DNA from: Sminthopsis crassicaudata | Lineage: Eukaryota | Length of the DNA: 64,000 bases | Assembly: GCF_048593235.1 (NCBI RefSeq) | Contig: NC_133622.1 | Span: 148,242,001 to 148,306,000 of the forward strand | Direction of reading: 5' to 3' | Part shown: positions 1 to 13,139 of the stretch, piece after piece | Layout: every line of letters starts with the position of its first letter | How positions within the stretch are numbered: the first letter of the stretch is position 1 | Position numbers and translations under genes: made by a program | The notes under the pieces: generated by a model | The model's input: the letters and a program-made list of their open reading frames with translations, nothing else | The model's database searches: none | Told to the model about the DNA's origin: nothing

Positions 1-109
1 CTGATCTGCTCTGGCTAAGGCTGGCTGACCAGTAGACAACACTTTGGGTTATTTATACAATTTTTAGAAGTAGTTACATATAAGGAAGGTAGTTGGAGTT
101 TTAGCTGTG

Positions 110-152
<43 letters not shown>
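110..152. repeat. (CA)n microsatellite
   Basis: Direct inspection. Confidence 0.98.
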
Positions 153-156
<4 letters not shown>

Positions 157-651
157 ATATGAGTTCAGACAGTGCCTTGGGGTCCCTTAAATTCATCTAC
201 ATGAAATTTATGCTTAGGGGATGTAACCAGTGGAGGTAATTATGATTATGCTTATTTAAATTTTTCTTTTTAAATTTAAAAAGGAGTTATTTTGCCAAGT
301 GGCATATGCCTTGCAGTTACATTCACACATAATATGGGGACTTTAGGCTCTTTTTGTGAGAGGTCATAGGTTTAGTAATTCATCCATTTTAACTTAGCTG
401 TTGAAAATATAAATGTGAGTTTTTTGTATAATGGCCAACAAGAGGACATACTATTAGAGAAACCGGAATGTATCAATCTTTGCAATAGCACTATAAATGA
501 AACCAGAAGACAAAAGGAAGTTATGATTAATTAGTTCTCCTTAGAAATGCAAATAAAGGTATTGACTAAGTTGATTTTATTTTGTATCAAAAAACAGCAA
601 GAAGCATCATTTATTTTCTTTCTTTGGAGTAGGGGGAGATGGAAAAGTAGA

Positions 652-780
652 GCAATTGGGGTTAAGTGACTTGCCCATGGTTATAAAGCTAGCAAGTGTC
701 AATTGTCTAAAGGTGAATTTGAACTCAAGTACTCCTGATGCAAGACCTCATGTTCTATCCACTGTGCCACCTAACTAGCT
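652..780 (-). mobile_element. tRNA-derived CORE-SINE (WSINE-like)
   Basis: Reverse of GG..CAGTGGATAGA...GAGTTCAAAT...GGGCAAGTCACTTAACCCCAATTGC. Confidence 0.75.
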
Positions 781-1480
781 CAGAAAGTATCATTTCATGG
801 GACATTTGGTCATCTCATATTAAAATGCTCAAAAAGACTAATGTGAAAATAATTATAGCTTAGGTACTACACATGTTATAGTATATGAAAATATAGAGAA
901 ACTTTATGAAGAACTTAATGAAACTTTCCAAGTTAAATTTACATCCCATTGATACTCAATGACTACAATGCATGGCTGAGAATAGGCTAAGATGAGGAAA
1001 ATATATTGTAAATTATGAATCATGAATAAAAATGGAAGAAATCAAAGTCTTGACTTTACACAGTTGCCTCATATTTGTATATCATGAGTACTTTCTTTGA
1101 GAAAAGAAGCAGAAAGTTGTAGGTATAACAAGCACCAAGTAACCTCATAAGAAAATTTTGTCAAGAAATAATTAGACATGAGAGTTATTTCTTAATTTGT
1201 TTATACACAATGATATTACAACTTTTTAGACCAACATTAATGCAAAGCTATAAGAGAAAAGAAAATGAGAAAAATATATAAATGATTAAAACAATTCACA
1301 CAATCTTTTTAGGCAAATTTTGGGAGACCCCCAAATATGACATGTACGAAAAGGGGACAACAAAAATCAATTATAGCTATCAAATATAGAAGTTTAATTG
1401 ATATGATTCAAAGCAATAGGGAGGACAATAAACAGATAAAATATCTGAATAACTTTTTAAAACAAAATGTTTACTTTCTT

Positions 1481-1738
1481 TTAAAAAATTTTAATAATAG
1501 CTTTTTATCTTCAAAATACATACAAAGATAGTTTTCAGCATTCACCCTCGCAAAATCTTGTGTTCCAAATTTTTCTTCCTCTTTTCCTCTTCCCTGTCTT
1601 CCCTAGACAGCAAGTAATCCAATATAGGTTAAACATGTGCAATTCTTCCAAACATATTTCCACATTTATTATACTGCACAAGAAAAATCAGATCAAAAAG
1701 TAAAAAAATAAAAAAAAAAATAAAAAAGAGAGAAAGCA

Positions 1739-1777
<39 letters not shown>

Positions 1778-2053
1778 AAATGTATGTTACACATAGTTTC
1801 CATAGTCCTCTTTCTGCATGCAGATAGTTCTCTCCATCACAAGTGTATTGGAATTAGCCTGAATCACCTCATTGTTGAAAAGAGCCAAGTCTATCACAGT
1901 TAATCATCACAATCTTGTTACTGTGTACAATGTTCTCTTGGTTCTACTCACTTCACTTAGTATCAGTTCATATAAGTAAGCCTCCTTAGGTCTTTCTGAA
2001 GTCATCCTGCTGATTGTTTCTTATAGAACAATAATATTCCATTACATCAAATT
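1481..2053 (-). mobile_element. L1 3' end, 5'-truncated
   Basis: Marsupial L1 3' UTR and ORF2 tail (GAACAATAATATTCCATTAC) in reverse. 14-bp TSD ATGTTTACTTTCTT (1467-1480) / ATGTATACTTTCTT (2054-2067). Contains an (AAC)n tract. Confidence 0.85.
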
Positions 2054-2129
2054 ATGTATACTTTCTTAAGACAGATATTCTGATAATTTTGCTTGATGAT
2101 ATTCTAAGCATTTTTAATAAGTAGGGCAA

Positions 2130-2520
2130 AACATTTATGATCACTTTATCATTGTCCTTGGGGAAACAGAGTAAGTGGAAGAAGTGGCTTCCTAATGGAA
2201 GATCTTGTTCATGAAAGAATCAGGAAGCTAATTTCATTGGATCAAAGAGTATGTGTCAGGGAGTAAGTTGTAAGAAGATTGGAAAGGAAAAAGGGGAGCT
2301 AAGTTATGAAATCATTGCCAAACAGAACATTTTTGTATTTGCTTCTGGAGATGATAGAAAGATACTACAATTATTGAGTAGGTGAGTGATACAGTTTGAC
2401 CTGGGCTATTAAATGATTATTTTAGTGGATGGGAAATGGAGTGGAGTTTTATACATATTTGCACATTCATTACGAATGAACATTAATTGAGATCAGAATT
2501 AAATAGGAGAAGGAAATGGG
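2130..2520 (-). mobile_element. L2 LINE fragment
   Basis: Purine-rich reverse L2 motifs (GGAGCTAAGTTATGAA...TTGAGTAGGTGAGTGATAC). Confidence 0.55.
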
Positions 2521-4034
2521 GCTTGATCACCTTTGAGAACCTTTCAAGGAACAAAGACCCATCTTTTTAATGCCAATACTCTATTAATGTTGTATGCCTT
2601 AAAGTTATAGAGCTCTACAATTTCCAGAGAATAAAAAATGAGCACCATTCCCTGTCTGTCACTCATGGTGAGAATCATGGTGGGTGAGCAAACTATTAAC
2701 ACAGAACAAAAAAAAAAAAAAAAGAACTATGATGAAGAACCAAAGTGAAGGATGTTATCACAGAGATCTAAAATGAAAAAACCATCATGTGGTAAGTTTG
2801 GAATATAATATGCTCTCCAATTATCTGTACCATGTCAAGAGAAAATGAGTAGAGTAAATAATACATTGAGTGAATCCCTTGTGGTTAACTTTTGGGAAGA
2901 CTTGTCAAAGGTCACATGTCAAAAGATGGGCATGCACAAATGCTTTGTGTTCTACATCGCTAAAAAGGCCATCCACATTAATGAGCTCAGGAGAAAGGAA
3001 AAGGCCATTTCAATAAAGCATTATTATTTATAGTTACCTTCCCATGTTTTCTTTCTGGAAAAAAACAAAAAACAAAAAACTATACCCTTGTAAGTAATAT
3101 CCCAGAGGTAATGCATTTGAAAATTAAACCAATTTTTTTTTTTAAAAAACAATTATTTTAAGCCTCTCTCATTTCTCATTCATGTGGAAAGTTACTCTTT
3201 CCAGTTTGATGAGATTGCATATTAATTCTCCATATTCTGTATTTTTCTATTTTTCAATTGTTCTATATCTTAACCTGCTTTATTCAATTAAGGATTAGGG
3301 ATGTATCCTATAGAATGAGTCTTTGCATCTCCTATTTTCAAAGGGAAAAAAGATATTGTTTAAATAATCCATGAATCTCTTATTATAGTTATTAGTATTA
3401 TAGCTGTTGCTTGTTATTACTTCCTCAACTGAATTGCACTTAGCAGATCTTCCTTACCTCCTCTGCATTAAAATTATTCTTCTTCACCCAAAATTAATCT
3501 TAGTAGTATGTTGAGCTCATTTAAGTGATGATGAGATAAGAATGCTAATTGATTAATTAATGCTAATTGTTAATCATTAATTCTATTGACCTTTCCCTTT
3601 CAACAATCACCTATAGCCATTAGAGTTTAGTACTTTTGTCAAAGACTGACAAGTTTCCTCCAAGAACAAGAATTCTTTTTAGTAGCAGCTCATGCCAAGA
3701 AAAGTGTCTTCATTTGTTTAAGGGGAAAACCCTTGGTGCACTGTGGAACTGATATCAGTTTTGAAAAAGAATTAATTGTATGACTTTGTGCACCTCTAAG
3801 CATTCTGAATTTATTTTGCCTCATAATTAGGTATCCTGAATCTTAATGGTAAAAATCAGAGTGAATCATAGAATCTCAGGGATAGATGAGGTCTTAAGGA
3901 ATTGCCTAGTCGGATACAATGGATAGCAGAATGGTAGAAGTGGAAGTAAACCTAATCATCTTAACAATCAAAAAGTAGGGTAGAGTCTGGGTGATTGGCA
4001 GAAAGGAGATGGAGTCAAAAAGTCTCAGTTAGTA

Positions 4035-4230
4035 AACATTTATTAAGCATCTACTGTGGGCCAGCCATTGTACTAAGCACTGGAAATATAAACAAGAAAA
4101 AGAAAGATAATTTCTGCTCTCAAGTAGTTTACAATATGATGAAGGTCATAACCCACAAAGGAAACTGAAAAGGTAGGAGTATAGAGAAAAAGTAGGTGGG
4201 TGAAGGAGAATAATGGAGGAGTACAGCTAG
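4035..4230 (-). mobile_element. L2 3' end
   Basis: AAACATTTATTAAGCATCTACTGTGGGCCAGCCATTGTACTAAG, the reverse L2 tail. Confidence 0.7.
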
Positions 4231-4705
4231 GTGGGAAGTGAAGAAATAACTGGCCCTCTAAATGGAGGTTCTCCACACTCCAAGCAGAGGGATCAGAGGG
4301 GCAGAATGACTTGTCCAGGATAACCCCAGCTAAATAAAAGGCTGAGATAAGATTTGAACTCAAATTTTCCTGATTCTTAAGTCCAGTACCCCATTCTCTG
4401 TGCTCCTTTAAAGTTCCCTCTAGGCATGCTTGGAACCCAGAAGTTTTCAAACACTGGTCAGAGTAGTCTGTCAGATTCAACTACTCCCAAATCAGAGGGT
4501 ATCCCTACTAGGGACAAGCTCTAATTAATATTGTTTCCCCATTAGAAGATTAACTAACTTTCTTAGTGTGACCAACAACATTTTCGACTCAGAAACTGAT
4601 TCCTTTGTAACCCAACCTGGGAGATGTGGGTCTTTCAAGCTCCTATGATTGGTCCTTTTTAATACTGTGTCCTGTTGTAGGCAATCTCCAATTGCTTCTT
4701 GTTAC

Positions 4706-4940
4706 AACTAATTTATGGGGCAGTTGGGACTGGAGCAGGAAAATCTGAATTCAAATCCAGGCTCAGATACTTACTAGCTCTGTGACCCTGAGCAAGTCAC
4801 TTCACCCTGTTTGCCTCATTTTCTCATCTGTCAGATAAACTGGAGAAGGAAATGGCAAATCACTCTAATATCTTTGCCAAGAAAACCCCAAATTGGGTCA
4901 TGAAGATTCAGTCACTACTGAAAAGACCAAGCAACAGCAA
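4706..4940 (+). mobile_element. MAR1-type CORE-SINE
   Basis: CORE plus the RTE-like tail GGAGAAGGAAATGGCAAA...TCTTTGCCAAGAAAACCCCAAAT. Confidence 0.85.
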
Positions 4941-5229
4941 AGGTTAAATTGTGGTGGTTTAGACCTAAAGAACAGACCTGGATTCGAGGAGTTCTCTGGC
5001 CACCATTTTGTACTCTTATCTCTTCCTTTTAATTAACTGCCCTCAAAGACACATCTCATCATTTTCCTTTCAATTGCTTCCATTTGGTACCAAAATTGTT
5101 GAGTACCCTTGAGGAAAAAAAAAAAAGAATTTGAAAAGGAGATTGGGGTAATTAATTCAACTTCCTCATTTTACAGATGGGGAAATTGAAGTCCAGAAAG
5201 GCCAAATGATTTAAGGAGTTGCTATTGGT

Positions 5230-5500
5230 AATCTGGGGGTAAGGGCACTAGCTTGTGGGTGAGGATTGTGGAAGGCTTCTTATAGAATATGAGACAAGCT
5301 AAATTTTGAAATAAGAGATTCTAAAGGGTAACTGAAGCAGAATTACAATTCAGGTCCAGAGTATAGCTAATACAAAGACATGGAGAAAGGAGATGAGAGA
5401 TGGAATATTGTATGTGAGGAACAGTAAGAAAGTCAATCTGATTAAACTATAGCATGAGAAAGGGAAATATATTACAGACCTGGAGAGACATATCACAAAT
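5230..5500 (-). mobile_element. L2 fragment
   Basis: Reverse L2 motifs (GTGAGGAACAGTAAGAAAGTCAATCTG). Confidence 0.5.
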
Positions 5501-6299
5501 TGTAAAATCATTTTTTAATACTTCATAAAGTTAACAGAAAAATTTTCCCCCTTTGGTGAAGAGAATGTTTGGAAGTTATTTTCTGTTTGTAGTTATTTGT
5601 TCCTCACATCACCAGCCACCATGACCTTTGTCTTGCCCCTGGATTCCTAAGATTAGGGAGGTGAGAGTGAGCCTGATGACAAATCCATTCCACAGGGAAA
5701 TCAAAATATATTCTCAAGCCTATTTTTCCACCATGAGGGGCAACATACCTAACCTAGAGATTTAGCTTTCTGAGAAGTGAATAAATCCTTTTGTCAAATG
5801 AAACTAAAATGCATATGAAGCCAAAACTTTGTCAAACCAGTATTTGTTACTATTCTTTAACTATAAATATGTAAATAGATATGACTAATACATAGAGTGC
5901 ATATTTTATTTAAGCTCCGAAATGACATTATCTTCATGGAATACAATTTCTGACAGACTATTGCTTGTTTTCAGAATTTGTATATCAACTTTCTGACAGG
6001 AACTGTGACACAATTTAATGTTATTCAAAGTCTCCTATGAATTTGGAAGCTTTAGTATCATTTCTATCTTCACTTTTGCTAAAATATGAGCTATTTCTAA
6101 CCATGAATCAGCAGACATGAATTCTAGAGAGGGAAAAAACATTGCAATATATGTATATTAATGCTTTTCTTTAAAACTATTTTTGGATATTTTTCTATGC
6201 AATCCCAGTTTCAAAGCCCATTAGTATGGGATTCTCTCCTCATTGGTGGAGATGATTGGCCTCTCTTGTGTAAGGAATCACAACCAGAATAAGACAAAC

Positions 6300-6925
6300 A
6301 GAAAGGTAGGAAGAGAAATGGCTATTCCATTACATAATAACTTCCTACAATTCCTACAAAAAAGAAGATTGTACGTGAAGTTGTGAGTGTCTATCATGTA
6401 TAACTTTTTTTTAAAAAATAGCTTTTTATTTTCAAAATATATGCAAAGATAGTTTTCAATATCTATACTTGCAAAATCTTGTATTTCAAATTTTTCTCCC
6501 TCCCTTTCCCTCCACTCCCCTCCTCTCATAATCCAATATATGTTAAACATATATAATTCTTCTATACATATGTCCACATTTATCATGCTGCACAAGAAAA
6601 ATCAGATCAAAAAAGAAAAAAAATGAGAAAGAAAACAAAAAGCAAGCAAACAATAACAAAAAAATGAAAATACTATGTTGTGATTCACATTCGTTTCTCA
6701 TAGTCTGCTCTCTGGATGCAGATGGGTCTCTACATCACAAGTCTATTGGAATTGACCTGAATCATCTCATTGTTGGAAGGAGCCACATTCATCATATTTG
6801 ATTATCACATAATTTTGTTGTTGCTGTGTTTAATCTCACTTCTACTTGGTTCTACTCACTTCACTTAGCATCAGATCATGCAAAGTCTCTCCAAACCTTT
6901 CTAAAATCTCCTGCTGATTTAATAA
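6300..6925 (-). mobile_element. L1 3' end fragment(s)
   Basis: Closely similar to the 1481-2053 copy (AATAGCTTTTTATTTTCAAAATA...TCTACTCACTTCACTTAGCATCAG). Confidence 0.8.
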
Positions 6926-7024
6926 CTTTTCTTTTTAAGTATATAACACATTTAACATACTACTTTCAAAACTGCCCTGCTTGTTTGTATTTCTGAATGA
7001 CTTTTCTCATGTTGTTCTTTTCTT

Positions 7025-7215
7025 ACTGGCACAGTGGATAGAGAGCTGGTTTTGGAGTTAGGAAAAACTGAATTCAAATTTTGTTTCAGATATATACTAT
7101 GTGACCCTAGGCAAATCACTTACTCTCCGTCTGCCTCAGTTTCCTCATCTGTAAAATGGAGATAATTTTGACTCTACTTTCTGGGATTGTTATGAGGATC
7201 AAATCAGACAATATT
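7025..7215 (+). mobile_element. MIR-type CORE-SINE
   Basis: tRNA head plus core CAGTTTCCTCATCTGTAAAATGG. Confidence 0.8.
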
Positions 7216-7224
7216 TACATATGC

Positions 7225-7445
7225 AGGACAGTACCATTTACATCCAGAGAAAGAACTGATAAATAGAAGTATGTATATTATGGAGTTACACCCACACCCA
7301 CACCCACACACAGACATATTTGTGTCTAATAGTAGACATCTCTAGAGTGGGGGAAGGAGGGAAAAAAGAAAATAACATGATAATTTTATTATATATTTAA
7401 AAGGAAAAAAAAAGTTATACACAATACATTTGCAGTTTCAAATTT
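7225..7445 (+). mobile_element. Old L1 3' UTR fragment
   Basis: CATCCAGAGAAAGAACTGATAAATAGAAG L1 3' motif. Similar to 42690-42930. Confidence 0.6.
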
Positions 7446-7469
7446 AAAAAAAAGAAGCCTTACCATTAA

Positions 7470-7606
7470 NNNNNNNNNNNNNNNNNNNNNNNNNNNNNNN
7501 NNNNNNNNNNNNNNNNNNNNNNNNNNNNNNNNNNNNNNNNNNNNNNNNNNNNNNNNNNNNNNNNNNNNNNNNNNNNNNNNNNNNNNNNNNNNNNNNNNNN
7601 NNNNNN
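7470..7606. other. Assembly gap (137 N)
   Basis: Run of N. Confidence 1.
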
Positions 7607-7744
7607 CAAATAGAGAGACATTTGGAGGGAGGAGGGAAGGAGAGAGAAAGTGAAGGAGGAAGAGAATATTTGTAAAGTGTTTTGGCACATTGCTTCACAT
7701 ATAACAGATACTTAATAAATGCTTTTCTCTCCTTCCCTCAGTTG

Positions 7745-7876
7745 TAGTTGCTTTCTTCCTCCATTTTTACTCCTTACATTGAAAGAAAGAATAATAAAAC
7801 CTTTGTATCCAATATGTATGGCCAAACAATATGGTTGGTCATTGCAATGATTAGAGTCATTGCTTATTTCAAAGGT

Positions 7877-7915
<39 letters not shown>

Positions 7916-8030
7916 GAGTTGTTGTTATTGCACAAATTGCTCTTCAGATTTTGGTCACTTCATTCTAAATCAATTCATACAAGTCTTCTTGGGTTTGCCT
8001 AAAGGTATTGCTTTCATCATTTTATCATTA
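7745..8030 (-). mobile_element. Old L1 3' fragment
   Basis: Reverse L1 3' motifs (TCACTTCATTCTAAATCAATTCATACAAGTCTTC). Confidence 0.55.
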
Positions 8031-8189
8031 TTTTTCCATTACATTCATATACAATAATTTGTTTGGCCATTTCCCGTTGTTACTTTTCCAGTACACCTTA
8101 TTCCTTTTCACATCCTCTGTAATCCAGTGGCATAGGTCTCCTTGCTATTTTCTGTATTTGTTACTTCATTTCCTGACTGAGTGTTTTCA

Positions 8190-8470
8190 TTAGCTGGGAT
8201 GCTATCTCTCATCTTCTCTTTTTGGCTTCCCTGACTTCCTTCTAATCTCATCAGTTTTGCTTTCTGCAAAAAATCCTCCTTAATTTTAATTCCTCTTCTC
8301 TTAAGATAACTTCCAATTTATCCTGTATGAATCTTATTTGCTCATATTTGTTTACATCTTCTGTCCCCTATTAGAAGGTCCCCTACTTGAGAGCAGGGGC
8401 TGAGTTTTTTTCCCCTTTCCTTCTATATGTAGTGCTTGGCATATTTCCTGGCACTGATATGTAATAGACG
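8190..8470 (+). mobile_element. L2 3' end
   Basis: Ends CTTGAGAGCAGGGGCTG...GTAGTGCTTGGCATATTTCCTGGCAC. Confidence 0.6.
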
Positions 8471-8479
8471 ATTGGACTA

Positions 8480-8660
8480 ATTGACTGATGGGTGCCTCCT
8501 AGTTTCCAATTCTTTACCATTATAGAAAGAGCCGTTATCCATAATTTTTTTACATATGGCTCTTTTTGGCCTTCCTTTGATTTCTTTATAAGGTTATTAA
8601 ATAGGAGTATTGCTGGGTCAAACAATAGACTGTTTATTGACTTTTCACATAATTCCAAAT
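8480..8660 (-). mobile_element. L1 ORF2 3' fragment
   Basis: Reverse of the DPAILL...LSIMVKNWKLGGTHQ segment (ORF 8383-8658). Confidence 0.65.
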
Positions 8661-8721
8661 GGATATCTTAGATGAAGACAATAAAATGTTGTAAGGAGCC
8701 TGAAAAACAAGAGAAGGGAAT

Positions 8722-9170
8722 TGTAAGGGCCCTTTAAATGGGCAGGCACAGCGCAACAAGAGATTGAGTGCCCCAGAAGTATTCTCTGTGGATATAGGAC
8801 TGCCCTGTGGGTGGGATCCTGGCCATATTGAGATAGCTTCGTAATGGGTGACGGTTCTCTTGCTGGTTGGCTGTGTGTGTGACCTCACAGGCCCTTTATA
8901 AGCCCACTGCAGACAGCAATCGCTCTCTTTAACCTGGCTCCCTAGCCTGGGGTAGACAAGTCAAGCTGATGGATAGCCGAGAGGTAAGGAGTTTGGTAGA
9001 AAACACGTGGGTCTTAGGACCAGGTGTTCACTAGGGGGCTGACAAGTCAGGGCATTATGTGAGTAGGTATAATAAAGGTTTTTAAGATTACATGTGGCTG
9101 TTCTTGAGTGTGCTACCAGTTATTAAACTATAGATTCAAGAGATCGTGGCCAGAGACCTTTGAAGGCCTT
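8722..9170 (+). mobile_element. Solo LTR (ERV), relatively young; 3' end uncertain
   Basis: Starts TGTAAGGG. TATA-like TTTATAA at ~8895 and AATAAA at 9071-9076. GC-richer than the flanks with several CpGs retained. No clear CA end or TSD. Confidence 0.7.
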
Positions 9171-10857
9171 ATTTTTTAAAGATAATTCTCTCTTTTTTAT
9201 TTTCCTAAAATGATTGAATAAAGATAAGCCTGTTCAAGTGTTGGGAAAAGTTCAACAGCAGTAAATTGGTCTCAAGTCAAGATTAACCAGGGGATCCATG
9301 AAACAGATCAAAATGCAAAACAGCTCTCATTTCTAAGCCCTCCATTTTTAAAAATGAACATTGATTTTCCATTGCTATTATTTGTCAATAAATTCCTCTC
9401 TCTCTTTTCCCCAAAGTATCCTCTAATAAGAAAGAGATACTATTCAACAAAACATAGTGTTAATGTCAAAGAACATGTATTCCCAACCATTTTCAGTCTC
9501 CTCTGTGACTTTGAATATGTGATGCATTGGAGATTAAAAATACAAAATTTAAAAAATAAACAGTTCTGGCTCTCAAGGAGTTTATATTCTAATACAGAGT
9601 GGCAATACATGTAAAAATAATAGTAATGGGTGAAGGACAGGGGTGGTGGTGGGTCTTTTCATTCAGAAATTTACTGGGCTGGTGAATAGAACCATAGGGG
9701 AGTAGTTTGACACATTCTTTCTGGTAGATGGCAAATAGATTGATTTGACTTTGGTTTTGGAATTAGAATATGTGGGGTAGGAAAGGAGGTGATTGTAGAA
9801 TATGGTTGTTGAGAAGATGGCCAAGCAGTAATGTAAAACATATTTTAATTTAATTGCTATTTGAGGGACTCAGTAATCAGAAGAGTAGGATCCCAGAGAA
9901 TATAAATACAAAGGAGGTTTTTGTTCCTCAAAGCTTTGAATAGTCTTGCAAAATACATAAACCAAAAAAGGGGTCAACATTCAGAATGATGTGCCATATT
10001 GTCCACCTATTTGCTTTTCATGAAAATAAATTTCTGAAATATAACATCCTACAAACTTATGGATTTATTACCTTTGTTTTGCACTTATTGAAGCTTACTT
10101 TAGTTCCTAAAACACTTCTTGCAATCAAAAGCTTATTCTATAAATTAACCCCCAAAGGAAGAAAAGTCATAGTCAATTACACGTGTTACTACATAGTAGA
10201 ATTTATGGATGATTGGGTAATTGCTATTAAATAGCATCCTGAGAAAATTTTCTTTGCAAAAATATCTGCAACATAAATTTTATTATAACTTCTATAAAGT
10301 ACAGGTAATTAAATATGTAAGTAGGAGAAGAAAAAGGGAAGTAAAAATTGGAATGCAAAATGAAACCAGAACAGGCTACTTTAAAATGATTGCATTTGAT
10401 TGAAGAGTTTCAATGGCTTTCCATAATCAATGGCCCATCACAATATTTCTACATCCTACTTATCCAGCTTTATCTCTCACTTCTTCTGAACTTGCTGACA
10501 ACAAGGTTGTCTCTCCCAGTATTCCTGTAGTAGTTTCTCTTGAAACAGTTGCTCTTGGTTTTTTCCCTTTCCCTGTAACACCCTTCCCCTTCCTCTCAGT
10601 TCTCCCAAGTATTAATCATCCTTTTGGACTCAGCCCAAATCTCCTCTCTCTCCTTATCTAATTTAAGATCTTCCCTATCTTCTTCCTCATTCTCAGCTTA
10701 TTGGAACTTAGTAACTTATTTCATTGCTTATTGTTTATTGCCTATTTATTTTGTATGTTCTTGGAGAGCACAGATACATCTTTTCAAACTCAGCATTCCT
10801 ACTTCACACCATAGAACAGTATCATGCATATGGCTACATTTGTAACAGTAATATATG

Positions 10858-11090
10858 GGGAGCTAGGTATACAGAGTGTCTGGAATCAGAAAAATTTTCT
10901 CTGAGTTCAAATTTGGCCTCAGACAATTTACTAGTCATGTGACCCTGGGCAAGTCATTTAACCTTGTTTGCCTAGTTTCTTCATCTCTAAAATGAGCTGG
11001 AGAAGGAAATGTCAAACCGCTCCAATGTCTTGCCAAGAAAACCACAAATGGGATCATGAAGAGTTAGACATAACTGAAATGATAGCACAA
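10858..11090 (+). mobile_element. MAR1-type CORE-SINE
   Basis: Same head, core and tail as 4706-4940. Confidence 0.85.
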
Positions 11091-11107
11091 ATAACATTAG
11101 TACAATA

Positions 11108-11316
11108 CAGGATTTCCCAAAAGTCCAAGTGATTTTAAGCTATTAAAGCTTTAAGGGATTATTATTAAGTCTTGGATAAATAGAAGATATATTAGATAAA
11201 TAGTAGTCATAGTAGTTATATTATGAGGTATTATTCATAACAGGAAGTCATTTAGAGTTTTCCAATTAAATACATATTAAAGCTTTAAATTGCACTAAGA
11301 CTTTTGGGACATCCTA
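11108..11316. mobile_element. Tc1/mariner-type MITE
   Basis: ~35-bp imperfect terminal inverted repeats (TIRs): CAGGATTTCCCAAAAGTCCAAGTGATTTTAAGCT versus reverse complement TAGGATGTCCCAAAAGTCTTAGTGCAATTTAAAGCT. Preceded by TA. Confidence 0.75.
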
Positions 11317-11509
11317 AATCTATCTCTCTATCCATCCATCTATCTATACCTATATTTACTGATACCTACTAAATAATTGTAGAATGAAAGAAGCCATATA
11401 GACATTATCTGATAAACTATGAGTTCTTAGTACCTTTAGTTTCCATTTTATTTAGGACCATGATCAAATTCACAAATAGGATTGGTTGTCTTATTGTTGT
11501 AGATGTTTT

Positions 11510-12250
11510 CTTCAAAGATGTAGATTGCATCCTAGTCATGCCTCCCTATCCTGGATGACTCTTGTTGATATTCTCCCATAAATTCATAGTATGGGCTCTG
11601 CCCAAGGTTTAGGACACTTTCATTGCCTTCTCCTGTTATTGTGAGGATACCAAATGAAGACTCTGGTTGTCTATTTGTTGTTTTCTTAATCTCATCATGA
11701 TACCATGCATTTCCCTGATGCCATCCCTTTCTCTAAATCATTTTCTTCAGAGTTTCTTTTGATATGTGGTACATCCTGCTCAAACCCACAATCATACACC
11801 TCTCCCTTGACTTGGGTGTGATATTAATTTTTATCCCTTGTTGACTGTGATGTTCTCTGACTTGTAGCCATATAAATAAACTTGTAAAATATTGATATTT
11901 TTTAAATGGTACATATTTTTGGAAGAAATTTGGGGTCATTAAAGCAGTTCTGCAGTTTCCTGAAAACAATTTAATCTGTTCTCCTCCTGTTTGGTTCCAG
12001 GCACTACTAATTCATTTGTACTGTCTGTACCCCATCATCTACAGGAAATTTCTCTTCAAACTGGCATGAGCTTCATTTTCTGGATGACACTAGCAAACAC
12101 CTTGGGCAATATAAATTTCATTGCTTTTACCTTACCAGTTATTAATGATAAGGGAATTGTCAAATAAGGTTATCTTTGTGCTATATTTTCTGAGAAATTT
12201 TGATTAATTCTGACATGTTTGGCCATTAGGTATAACAACAGTAACATCAA
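11510..12250 (-). mobile_element. RTE-clade LINE 3' fragment
   Basis: Minus strand gives degenerate RTE C-terminal motifs (RCMIVGLSRMYHIS; ...WYPHNNRRR), matching the RAMER.MVG.SRL.HI / W.PR pattern. Confidence 0.75.
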
Positions 12251-12330
12251 AGACTTGTTGTTGTTGTTTTATCTAGGGAGGGGAATGGTCCAAAATTCTC
12301 CTCTTAAATTCTGCTTTTGGGAGCTTATTA

Positions 12331-13022
12331 TGTCAGAAGAAAATATGGGATAAATGGATCATAGTATATATTCCAAATTAAAAAGATTCTAACAATTTAT
12401 TGGGGTTCCTAGGTGATAATGATGAAGGAAAAACTCCTAGTTAGTGTCCTTTCATGTTGCTAAAATTACCTTTGCCATCCTCCTATTGACCATGGACAAA
12501 TAAATGAACAGAGGAAAATGCTCATATCAAAATCAATCACAGACATTTATGAAAATAAAAACTAACTAAATAAAAAATATGTCCTATGGTCAACTGAATA
12601 AACAAGTGTAGACATAGGTACCAGTTTGAAGTAGGGCAGGGGAAGAGGAATAAAGACTGTTGGTTCTTTCATATTCACTTTTACCATCACTTTTACCACA
12701 GGGGCAAGTAGCCTTAACAAAAGGCAGTCAAAAATTTTCTCTCTTGGTGTCAATTTTTAATAAGAGAAAGAAGATTAAGGCCATGAATCACTGGAAGTGT
12801 TTACTTCTCCCTTAGTATTCTTTGAATGTATTAGCACCCTCCCTATTAATGTGTGTTTATGAGAGAGTGTACCCAAGTTTATGATAGAGATGTTTAACAA
12901 CTACTGTGATTACTATACTATTTCAATAAATGCCTTTGCTTTTGAGTCACTTGTGTCATTTATCTGACTCTTGAAGGTAAACTAATTGGTAGGGGCTCAT
13001 TGGCTATACTTTTAGATCTACA
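12331..13022 (+). mobile_element. Solo LTR (old)
   Basis: TG...CA termini (TGTCAGA...TCTACA), 5-bp TSD TATTA/GATTA (1 mismatch), and AATAAA at ~12925 followed by U5-like sequence. Confidence 0.55.
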
Positions 13023-13139
13023 GATTACTTAAGTCTGAGATACTTTAGTTGTCTCCTCAGGGGCCCAACCTTTAAGTGCATGTTGCAGGGGTCTCTGCAT
13101 AGTCAACACTAATAAAATATCAAAGATTGTATTTTTAAA

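Noticed and set aside
4073-4480. 135-aa minus-strand ORF
   Set aside because: Made of L2 and MIR sequence, with a non-ATG start.
7389-7698. ORFs spanning N runs (also 21451-21750 and 46088-46486)
   Set aside because: Artefacts of assembly gaps.
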